Positions 39,699 through 47,650 of a DNA stretch of 64,000 nucleotides are shown in pieces. Below the pieces are notes generated by a model, which worked only from the letters and a program-made list of their open reading frames with translations, was not told where the DNA came from and did not search any database. Within the stretch, counting starts at the first letter, position 1; every line of letters begins with the position of its first letter. Source of the stretch: Pseudomonadota bacterium (GTDB lineage: Bacteria > Desulfobacterota > Desulfobulbia > Desulfobulbales > JAHJIY01); assembly GCA_018823175.1 (NCBI GenBank), contig JAHJIY010000086.1:9625-73624 (forward strand), in the 5' to 3' direction. The position numbers and the translations under genes were made by a program.

Positions 39699-41900
39699 AT
39701 GCCTAAAAAACAATCTCATTCCGATTTTCCCCCTGGATCAGAATTAAAGTCAAAGGTTTCTCAACGCTTACCCCTCTGGCAGGCCCTTGTCCTGCCAATA
39801 GTCGCTATCCTGGTCTTTTTTCTGCTCTTGGAAGGCGGACTCGCCCTTTTCGGTCTGCAACCGACCCTGCATAATAAGGACCCCTTTGTCGGCTTTGCTG
39901 CCAATGTCCCACTCTTTACCGCCTCACCTGGAGCAAACGGCAAACAACTGCTGACTACCCCAGCCAATAAAAAGGACTATTTCAACCGGCAGAGTTTTAC
40001 CAAAGAAAAAGATCCGAACACCTATCGTATATTTTCTCTCGGTGGCTCGACCACCTATGGCCGGCCTTACGCTGACAGTACTTCTTTTAGCGGCTGGCTG
40101 CGGCAACTGCTGCCCGTAGCCGACAGCAGTAAAAAATGGGAGGTGATTAACGCCGGTGGCATCAGTTATGCCAGCTATCGGGTTGCCCAGTTGATGGAAG
40201 AGTTGGTTCAGTATCAGCCGGATCTGTTCATCATCTATACCGGTCATAACGAATTCCTTGAAGAACGCACTTACCGTAAACTAAAAGAGATCCCGCCGCT
40301 GATCCGCTCAACTGCTTCGTTGCTGGCCAAAACCCGTACCTGGACAGCCCTGACCGGCGTATTAGAAAAGGTGGACCTCGCGCCGGTTGCGGAAAAGGAA
40401 ACCCGTTTTAAGCTTGGTACGGAAGTTGATGCTATCCTCGATCGTACTACAGGTCCGAAAAGTTACTCGCGTAACGATACCTTGAAAAACAACATCTTAA
40501 ACCATTTTCGGATCAGCCTGGAACAGATGGTTACCCTTGCCCAATCGGTGGGTGCTCAGGTCATTTTTGTCACGCCAGCCGCAAATCTGAAGGAATGTTC
40601 ACCCTTTAAAAGTGAGCACACCCCTGGCATCAATGCCGCATCACTGCGACGCTCCGAAGATTTGCTAACCATGAGCAAGCCAATGGTCTGGGAAAAAAAC
40701 TGGCCCATGGTTCTGCATTTCCTGGATGAGGCGGCGGCCATTGATCCGCGCTTTGCCGATCTACAGTATCATCGCGGTCAGGCTTTACTGGCGTTGGGCC
40801 GCAATAAAGAAGCCAAAACAGCCCTGCGCCTGGCGAGCGACGAAGATGTCTGCCCGCTTCGAGCTTTAACCCCGATGGCTCAAATCGTCACCGAGGTCGC
40901 CAAGCAGCACGGAGCTATGCTGGTCGATTTTATTGATCTCCTGGAGCAGAGGATGGTAAACAACAAAGAGTATCCCATCCTTGGTGCGGAGTTTTTTCTC
41001 GATCATGTGCACCCTACCATTGAAGGCCACAAACTATTGGCGGTCGAACTGCTTGAAACCATGTCTGCCCGAGGCATAGTGCATCCCGGTGCTGACTGGG
41101 GTACAGCAGCCATTTCGGCAGTCGCTGCAAAAATTGAAGCGGGTGTCGATCAATGGGTTCAGGGACATGCTTTGGCTAACCTGGCTCGGGTGCTATTGTG
41201 GGCCGGAAAAGAGCAAGATTCAGCCCGTCTGGCCAGGCAGGCATTGGAGCTCGCTGGTGATAATCAGCAAGTGGCGATCAACGCGACCACTACTCTGGCA
41301 ACCATCTACATCATGCAGAAAAATCCAAAGCGGGCCGTGAAGTTACTTTACGCTGCCCTTGAAAAAGCACCAAGCGCAATCGAGCTACGCCTCAAACTTG
41401 GCCAGATCATGCTGGGTCAGAAATCCCCAAATTTGGAAGGGGCAGCCGCAAATCTGCTATTGATCACCCAGCTGATGCCCTACTATGATGTTGGTCACAC
41501 CATATTCGGCATTGCCATGGCAGATCGAGGTCGTCCGCAAATTGCCTACCCGAGCCTGATGCAGGCGCTGCAGATTAACCCGAATAACAAGGACGCCAGC
41601 TTTAAATTGGCCCAAATCCGGCCCTTGCTCAAGGGGCTGGAATTCAGTCGGAAGTTCCTTCTTGTTCAGCTTGATTATTATCCTTCCACCGCCCCACGCA
41701 AAATGGTTCAGGGACGGCGTAATACCAACGGTCAATTCATCCAGGATGGTATTGAAGTGGAATTTCATGAGAATGGTCGGCTTAAAAGCTTCCTCGATAT
41801 TGAGCAAGGAAAACCAAATGGGCTCGAAATGACTTGGGATTCGGAGGGCAAGGTTTTGTCACGTAAGATTTATAAGCAGGGGATTCTTGTCGATGGTTAG
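39699..41900 (+). CDS. Membrane-anchored SGNH/GDSL-hydrolase-like, TPR and MORN(YwqK-like) fusion protein
   Basis: 733 aa. N-terminal TM helix. SGNH-like blocks are FSLGGSTTYG, NAGGISYAS, GHNEF and DHVHPT. The central region is TPR-like helical repeats. The C-terminal region has MORN/YwqK-like repeats (NGQFIQDGIEVEFHENGRLKS...NGLEMTWDSEGKV). Confidence 0.6.
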   Translation: MPKKQSHSDFPPGSELKSKVSQRLPLWQALVLPIVAILVFFLLLEGGLALFGLQPTLHNKDPFVGFAANVPLFTASPGANGKQLLTTPANKKDYFNRQSFTKEKDPNTYRIFSLGGSTTYGRPYADSTSFSGWLRQLLPVADSSKKWEVINAGGISYASYRVAQLMEELVQYQPDLFIIYTGHNEFLEERTYRKLKEIPPLIRSTASLLAKTRTWTALTGVLEKVDLAPVAEKETRFKLGTEVDAILDRTTGPKSYSRNDTLKNNILNHFRISLEQMVTLAQSVGAQVIFVTPAANLKECSPFKSEHTPGINAASLRRSEDLLTMSKPMVWEKNWPMVLHFLDEAAAIDPRFADLQYHRGQALLALGRNKEAKTALRLASDEDVCPLRALTPMAQIVTEVAKQHGAMLVDFIDLLEQRMVNNKEYPILGAEFFLDHVHPTIEGHKLLAVELLETMSARGIVHPGADWGTAAISAVAAKIEAGVDQWVQGHALANLARVLLWAGKEQDSARLARQALELAGDNQQVAINATTTLATIYIMQKNPKRAVKLLYAALEKAPSAIELRLKLGQIMLGQKSPNLEGAAANLLLITQLMPYYDVGHTIFGIAMADRGRPQIAYPSLMQALQINPNNKDASFKLAQIRPLLKGLEFSRKFLLVQLDYYPSTAPRKMVQGRRNTNGQFIQDGIEVEFHENGRLKSFLDIEQGKPNGLEMTWDSEGKVLSRKIYKQGILVDG

Positions 41901-42245
41901 GGACGGGAGTAACCTTGATCCCTGTATCGCTTTAGCAAATAATCATCTTTAAATTCAGTAACGTGGATTTTGTTTGTGATTTTTTCCGATCAGAAATTGA
42001 TACTGGAAGTGGGGTAATTAACCTGAAATAAAGGTTGTCAGCTTATATTATAATTAATAAGTGATCTTAGTAATGACTAATTTATTAAACTGTAATTTTT
42101 GTCTAACCGCATAAATGATCTTTAAGTACACTTTAATTATTGCATTTTATTTGTTGTTTTAGTAGTTATCTACTCTGTTTCTTTATCAAAACTAATTTGT
42201 ATTGCTGGCACATCCTAGGAACTTTTACCTTGTTCAGGGGGTAGC

Positions 42246-43535
42246 ATGATAATGACTAAATGGTCGGGCCGTTTTTTGGGGTTGGGGATAATGTCGGTAC
42301 TATGTTTGCCGACAGCTGCTTTTGCGGCGGAGATAAGTGTTAAATCCGACACGATCTTCCGGGGCTTTGAACGGGATACCGCGACAGAGTCTGAAGCCAT
42401 GGTGCTTCCTGCCTATGAGTATCTGCAGATTGACGTTGACACTCCAGGCGAGCCGGGACTGGCTCTTCATCTTTATGGCTGGGGGCGCGGAGATTTAGCG
42501 GATAAAGATTATTACGACGACACCACGGACGGGGAAGTCCTCTATGGTTATTTGGAATATAGCAAAAAAGAGGCGCGCTTCAACGCTAAACTTGGTCGGC
42601 AGCACGTGTTTGAAGGGGTGGCCAATGAAACCTTGGATGGCTTGCGGATCAGCTCTGATCTGGGGCGGTATTTTTCCGGATCGCTCTATGGCGGACAACA
42701 GGTCGCGATGAGCGATGAACAGGGGAGGAGTGGCGACAGTATTTATGGTGGCCGTTTGTCCCATCACCTGATCGGCCGTTATGCTCTGGGGGTCTCTTAC
42801 AAGAAAATTACTAATGACAGCGAAGATGCCGAAGAGATGACCGGTGTTGATCTGGCGGCTTATCTGCCTTACGATGTAAACCTGTTTGGGAATTCCACCT
42901 ACAATTTTGAAAGCGAAGACTGGGCTGAACATTCCTATGAAATGCGCGCCACCTTCGGCCAGTTGGCGGTACGTCCATATTTCCAGAAATTTAAATATGA
43001 TGATTATTTCGCTACTGGCGCCAACAGCGCCGGTCCTTTCCGTTTTCTTGCCGACAGCGGTGAGGAGTTGACGGTAGGTGGTGGTGACTTCACCCTGTCG
43101 CTTGATTCCACCTGGGTTCTGGTTGGCAAGTTTAAACATTATACTTATGAAGTGCTTGATGACGCCTCTCCCTATTATGGTGCGCAGGCCACCTGGTCGG
43201 GTGAAAAACACTGCCAGATCGGTGGCGAGGTCGGTTATATGAATGGCGAGGTGGCGCAGAACGACTATTACCTGGTTAGACTTTTCACCTATTGGGACCA
43301 GTTGCCGGCAATCTTGCCGATTGGGTTTGTCAGTGCCGATGTAGTCTATGTTGGATATGACAAGCCGATTTACGAAGAAGACAACTCGCTTTTTGTCTCT
43401 CTTGGCGCCGGCAAAAAGTTTATGGAGGATGCGCTTGAGTTGAAACTTTCCGGTGACTACAGCAGCGATCCTTACTTTGACCAAGACGTGCGGGGGATGT
43501 TGACGGCCAGTTACCGCTTTGGCCATTCACTGTAA
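42246..43535 (+). CDS. Predicted outer-membrane beta-barrel (porin-like) protein of a porin-cytochrome module
   Basis: 429 aa. Sec signal peptide (...LPTAAFA/AE), a pervasive alternating hydrophobic/aromatic pattern, Y/G-rich turns and a near-C-terminal OMP-like ...LTASYRF. No Cys-haem motifs. Immediately followed by two cytochrome genes. Confidence 0.6.
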   Translation: MIMTKWSGRFLGLGIMSVLCLPTAAFAAEISVKSDTIFRGFERDTATESEAMVLPAYEYLQIDVDTPGEPGLALHLYGWGRGDLADKDYYDDTTDGEVLYGYLEYSKKEARFNAKLGRQHVFEGVANETLDGLRISSDLGRYFSGSLYGGQQVAMSDEQGRSGDSIYGGRLSHHLIGRYALGVSYKKITNDSEDAEEMTGVDLAAYLPYDVNLFGNSTYNFESEDWAEHSYEMRATFGQLAVRPYFQKFKYDDYFATGANSAGPFRFLADSGEELTVGGGDFTLSLDSTWVLVGKFKHYTYEVLDDASPYYGAQATWSGEKHCQIGGEVGYMNGEVAQNDYYLVRLFTYWDQLPAILPIGFVSADVVYVGYDKPIYEEDNSLFVSLGAGKKFMEDALELKLSGDYSSDPYFDQDVRGMLTASYRFGHSL

Positions 43536-43564
43536 TGGATTTAATTACGATCAGGAGTCAAGTG

Positions 43565-44035
43565 ATGCGAACGAAATTTTGGATAGGAATTGGATTGTCT
43601 CTTTTGCTGCTGGCCTTGGGTGCTTGCGCAGCATTGGATAGCGGGTTAGATCTGCCGGCACGTCATCAAACGGCGGAGGATTTGGGGGAGGCCCCGAAGA
43701 TGTGTACCAATTGTCATGAGGCGCGCGGGGAGAAGCTGGCGTTTGGCAACTTCAACCATACGGCGACCTGGATGCAGACCCATCGGCAGCAGGCATATCA
43801 ACAGGAGGCTGTGTGTTCGATGTGTCATCAGCCCAGTTTCTGTAGCGACTGTCACGCGTCACGGGTGGAGCTTAAACCATCCTTGAAGAATCAGGCGGAA
43901 ACATCCCGGCAAATGCCGCATCGAGGAGATTATCTGACCAGGCATCGGATTGATGGCCGGGTTGATCCGACCTCTTGCTTCCGCTGTCACGGTAATCCGA
44001 AATCGGCTAAAACTTGCGTCCGTTGTCACGGTTAA
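43565..44035 (+). CDS. Pentahaem c-type cytochrome (small, periplasmic or lipoprotein)
   Basis: Five CXXCH motifs (CTNCH, CSMCH, CSDCH, CFRCH, CVRCH) in about 156 aa. Signal peptide with a possible lipobox ALGAC. ATG 43565 has an AGGAG SD 7 nt upstream; the ORF track starts at 43535. Confidence 0.85.
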   Translation: MRTKFWIGIGLSLLLLALGACAALDSGLDLPARHQTAEDLGEAPKMCTNCHEARGEKLAFGNFNHTATWMQTHRQQAYQQEAVCSMCHQPSFCSDCHASRVELKPSLKNQAETSRQMPHRGDYLTRHRIDGRVDPTSCFRCHGNPKSAKTCVRCHG

Positions 44036-44111
44036 GAGATAAAGTTGAGTTGAGCAGCCTTTCTGCTCAAATGAAACTTATGCCCTTGCGGTATAAGAAG
44101 GAGAAAACTAG

Positions 44112-44861
44112 ATGCTACGCTCATTTGCCTTTTTGATGTTGTTTCTTATCCCCTTCGCCCTGACCGGTTGTGGTGAAGGAAATTCTAATGCGCCTTTGGA
44201 TACAGAGCCCCATCCAGAGTCATGGATTTCGACTCATTCTGCGGCCGCCATCGCTGATGCTGGATACACGGGATGTATCAGCTGCCACGGTTCAGATCTG
44301 ACTGGTTATGGTGAGGTGCCCAGTTGCTATTCCTGTCACGTCTTTAACACCAGCCCGCCTTTAACGATTCATCCGGCGGCCTGGACCAATATCTATGTTA
44401 ATCATCGTGGCTCAGCAGATATCACCATTTGTGAAAATTGTCATGGTGTGCTTTTGCAGGGTAGTGAGTCTGCACCCAGTTGTTATTCAAGCATTTTCGA
44501 TGGTTTAAGTTGTCATGCAGCCGGCCCAGGACAGGCGCCTCATCCCGTCGATACTTCTTATTTGTCTGGTACTGTTCATGGTCCAGTTGCCAAATCGGAT
44601 TTGAGAGTATGCCAGGCCTGTCATGGCCAGGCGGGTGGACCGGGAGATAATCCGCGCTTTAATGTCGGGATCAGTAGTGCAGGTGGTAATGGTTGTGAGT
44701 CATGCCATGGTACCAACTATGCCCATCCGGCCAGCTGGATGAGTGGTCATCGTTCAGCCGGGAATATCTCGAATGTCTGCACCCTCTGTCATGGGGTCGC
44801 TCTTGATGGTAGTGGCGGAGTAGGTATCAGTTGCGGAACATGCCATGGAATCCCAGGGTAA
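44112..44861 (+). CDS. Multihaem c-type cytochrome lipoprotein (7 CXXCH plus 1 CX9CH)
   Basis: 249 aa. Lipobox LTGC (Cys20). Seven CXXCH motifs (CISCH, CYSCH, CENCH, CQACH, CESCH, CTLCH, CGTCH) plus CYSSIFDGLSCH. Four tandem two-haem modules. AAGGAG SD. Confidence 0.85.
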   Translation: MLRSFAFLMLFLIPFALTGCGEGNSNAPLDTEPHPESWISTHSAAAIADAGYTGCISCHGSDLTGYGEVPSCYSCHVFNTSPPLTIHPAAWTNIYVNHRGSADITICENCHGVLLQGSESAPSCYSSIFDGLSCHAAGPGQAPHPVDTSYLSGTVHGPVAKSDLRVCQACHGQAGGPGDNPRFNVGISSAGGNGCESCHGTNYAHPASWMSGHRSAGNISNVCTLCHGVALDGSGGVGISCGTCHGIPG

Positions 44862-44946
44862 TAAATATACTGGGTTATTTGTGCGGAATTACTTCCTGCC
44901 TTTGTCTTAAATACCAGGGAGTATGAAAATTACAGAATCTGAAAAA

Positions 44947-44979
44947 AGGCGAATCCAATTGTGGATTCGCCTTTTTTTA
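44947..44979 (+). terminator. Rho-independent terminator after the cytochrome module
   Basis: AGGCGAATCCA - attg - TGGATTCGCCT followed by T7. Confidence 0.85.
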
Positions 44980-45164
44980 TTGGGTGATAAATTATCTGGT
45001 TCACATCGAAATTCAGCTATTGTGCCGGCGAGACCGTGCAAGTCTTTGGGAGGAGCACCCAGCAAGGGGGGATAAACTTTGCGAGGCGGCAGATAAGCAA
45101 CCGAAGGGCGACTTCGATCTTATGATACTTGTATAAAGCATGAGATTGTTTCTGAATTATTGAG

Positions 45165-45218
45165 ATCGAAGTATGCGCTATCTGCTTCAATTAGTTCGCA
45201 GATAGCGCATACTTCGAT
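45165..45218. repeat. Perfect 21-bp inverted repeat with 12-nt loop
   Basis: ATCGAAGTATGCGCTATCTGC (45165-45185) and GCAGATAGCGCATACTTCGAT (45198-45218). Lies between convergent transcription units, 44 nt past the mgtC stop. Confidence 0.8.
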
Positions 45219-45261
45219 GACTCCTTTTGGAGCTGAAGATTAATGGTAATTAGAAAATATA

Positions 45262-45759
45262 TTACTCAGGTTCGTCTGTGGAGATGTCGGAGGTGTTGTT
45301 TTCGCTATAATTTGCGTGTGCGCCACGTCTTAGCTTTTTGAAGGTTGACTCCAGAAGCTCAACTCCCAGAAGCACGCTGACTGTAACCAGCGTCAGGGCC
45401 AGGGCCGGGGACAGCATCCCGTAACCGATACAAGCCCCAATCCCTGCCAGGACCCAGATGACTGCCGCAGAGGTCACTCCCTTGACCAGGCTGTCCTTGC
45501 CCATGATTACGCCGGCCCCGATGAAACCGATCCCGGTGACGATCTGCCCGATTATCCGGGAAGGATCACGGTTTTGAGGGCTCAGCGAGTCTGCCAGGCT
45601 GACAAAGATATAGGTGCCAAGGCAGATGAGGATGCTGGTTCGGATACCGGCTGGTTTGCCGCGGAGCTGTCTTTCAACGCCGATAATGCCGCCACAGAGA
45701 ATGGTAACAAAAATAGGTACCCAGAATTCAACGGTTAGCGGGTTGAGGATGGTGTGCAT
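45262..45759 (-). CDS. mgtC: MgtC/SapB family membrane protein
   Basis: 165 aa. GGIIGVERQLRGKPAGIRT motif and 4-5 TM helices, typical of the MgtC N-domain. Confidence 0.85.
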   Translation of the reverse strand: MHTILNPLTVEFWVPIFVTILCGGIIGVERQLRGKPAGIRTSILICLGTYIFVSLADSLSPQNRDPSRIIGQIVTGIGFIGAGVIMGKDSLVKGVTSAAVIWVLAGIGACIGYGMLSPALALTLVTVSVLLGVELLESTFKKLRRGAHANYSENNTSDISTDEPE

Positions 45760-45854
45760 TTCGTCTATTTATCTCACAAAGTAGATTGGCGGCATTGACT
45801 GCTGACTAACAGGAATCAATGCCGCCATTTAAAACTAATCTCGAAAAGGCAGAT

Positions 45855-46223
45855 CTATTTGCCTTCTTTTCCGGTCAATTCCAGATAAAGTTTCAGTTCT
45901 TCTTCCGTCAGGTTTTCCAAGGAGACTTCGTCGTCTGAGGCTGGTTGGTAATCCTGCAATCTTCCATCTTCTGAATCTGCTTCGACAGTTTCGTTAGAGT
46001 GGTTATTTAGGGAGTTTTCCTCATCAGTGTAAGTGGCATCGGTTTCTTCCGGTAAAGATTCATTGTTCTCAATGACCACGGAGTCGTCTTCATCGCTGGC
46101 AGCCATAGTTATTGATGCATCGTGATCGAAGTCAGTGGCTGCTCCAATACCCGTGATCAAACTCAGACAAGTGATAACTGTAAACACGGAAATAATTGAT
46201 TTGAGCGTTAATTTTTTCTGCAT
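45855..46223 (-). CDS. Secreted, highly acidic (D/E/S-rich) hypothetical protein
   Basis: 122 aa. Signal peptide (KSIISVFTVITCLSLITGIGA/ATD); the mature part is low-complexity and acidic. Has its own TATAAT-like box (46256-46261, minus strand) and an AAAGG SD. Confidence 0.5.
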   Translation of the reverse strand: MQKKLTLKSIISVFTVITCLSLITGIGAATDFDHDASITMAASDEDDSVVIENNESLPEETDATYTDEENSLNNHSNETVEADSEDGRLQDYQPASDDEVSLENLTEEELKLYLELTGKEGK

Positions 46224-46324
46224 TTTGACACCTTTAAATTCTAGGATTGATAACGATTATACCTTTAAATGATTTAATAACAGATGTTAATTTCGCAACA
46301 TCATGCGCTCCTTGTTGGTAATTT

Positions 46325-47650
46325 TTATAAAGTAACTACTTTAGGAAGTGGCTTGATGAAATTTTGCCGTAAACTATAGGTGTATGCTCCCTGGGTCGGA
46401 ATCATCAGAATGTCGCCGGGTTGAATGTCACCTCCCCAATAGGAATCGCCCCAGAGATCGTGAGGGGTGCATAATGAACCGACTATCTGACATGGTTTTT
46501 CTGTCAGCGCCGGGCGGCTCAGGTTTAAAACCGGGAAATAATCTACTTCGTACCTTTCCCAGCCTACGGAATTGGTCCCGGCATCAGTTATCACCAGATC
46601 ATCCATCTTTTTGTCGACCACGGAAAAAATAAGATGCATGGCATCATTGCAGATCCAGCGACCCGGTTCAAAACATATCCGACAGGAGATCCGGCTGAAG
46701 ATATGTTTTTGGATCGCCTCGGCCAGTTTCTCGGCAAAGTTGTCAATAGGGGTGGCGGCAAGCCGGTATCTTTTGCCGAAAGTTTTCGGGTAGCCAAGCA
46801 GGCCTCTGATTTTGCCGGCTTCTGTTCCTTCTTCCTGCAACCATTCACCTTGCGGCGGCCAGTAACCACCGCCAATGTCGATAAAGCTGATTTCGGAACG
46901 GAAATTATCCGGCAGGGTCTGGATTATGCTGCCGAGTTTTTTAATAAAGGAAATCTGTTTCTCAGGGTCAAGATTCCAACTGGAATGAAACTGGATACCT
47001 TCTAGTTTTACGTTGGAAGCTTCCCTGGCTTTTCGCCAGAAGGCGGATAATTCTTCCGGCAGAATGCCGAATTTACGCCAGAGACCGTGCGGGTTATTGT
47101 TCAGGCGTATTCCGGCCCTGATCTCCCGGTCCAGTGATTCGGTGATTTTTTTTAGCCTTTCCAGTTCGCCGAAACTGTCGATCAGAATAATGACCCTGTC
47201 GGCATGTTCCACGGCCAGGGTAAGTTCCTGATCGGTTTTGCCCGGGCCGCTGAAAATTATATCCGTTGCGTTTAAGCCGAGCGCCAGCTCCAGCTCAACC
47301 CCGCTTGAGACGTCAAGCCCGAATCCTGATTCCAGTAAGGTATTTGCTACCTGCGGGTGGTTGTTGCTCTTTACGGCATAATAAAATGAGGTCTCGGGCA
47401 GGTTGTTGATAAAGGCGTTTTTGAATTCATCGGCTTTTTTGCGCAGGATGGAACTGTCGAGCAGATAGATGGGTGACGACTCTTTATTAAAGGCCTGTAG
47501 GTAAAGTTCTCGACAGGAGAAATGGTGCTGGACAAATTCCCAGATCTCCTCTTGTGGCATGAACGGTGGTTCTACAAGTAGTTCTCCTGGCAGATCAGCC
47601 GGCTTAAAATGAATAAGGTTTATATCAGATAGTATTTGTTCAGTTTTCAT
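46325..47650 (-). CDS. PLP-dependent decarboxylase, Orn/DAP/Arg decarboxylase (alanine-racemase fold) family
   Basis: YYAVKSNNHP (PLP-binding Lys), DIGGGY and GSLCTPHD motifs. ATG 47650 is preferred over the TTG at 47683 used by the ORF track. Overlaps the ATP-grasp gene stop codon. Confidence 0.8.
   Translation of the reverse strand: MKTEQILSDINLIHFKPADLPGELLVEPPFMPQEEIWEFVQHHFSCRELYLQAFNKESSPIYLLDSSILRKKADEFKNAFINNLPETSFYYAVKSNNHPQVANTLLESGFGLDVSSGVELELALGLNATDIIFSGPGKTDQELTLAVEHADRVIILIDSFGELERLKKITESLDREIRAGIRLNNNPHGLWRKFGILPEELSAFWRKAREASNVKLEGIQFHSSWNLDPEKQISFIKKLGSIIQTLPDNFRSEISFIDIGGGYWPPQGEWLQEEGTEAGKIRGLLGYPKTFGKRYRLAATPIDNFAEKLAEAIQKHIFSRISCRICFEPGRWICNDAMHLIFSVVDKKMDDLVITDAGTNSVGWERYEVDYFPVLNLSRPALTEKPCQIVGSLCTPHDLWGDSYWGGDIQPGDILMIPTQGAYTYSLRQNFIKPLPKVVTL

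Noticed and set aside
42206-42221. Perfect TGGCAC -24-like hexamer 35 nt upstream of the beta-barrel gene.
   Set aside because: At the consensus spacing the -12 position reads GA, not GC (TGGCACATCCTAGGAA). The leader would also be only ~15 nt. This is not a supportable sigma54 promoter.
44923-44988. 21-codon ORF (MKITESEKRRIQLWIRLFLLGDK) after the cytochrome module.
   Set aside because: It is formed by the terminator hairpin sequence itself, and its GGGAG is only 1 nt from the ATG. It is not credible as a gene.
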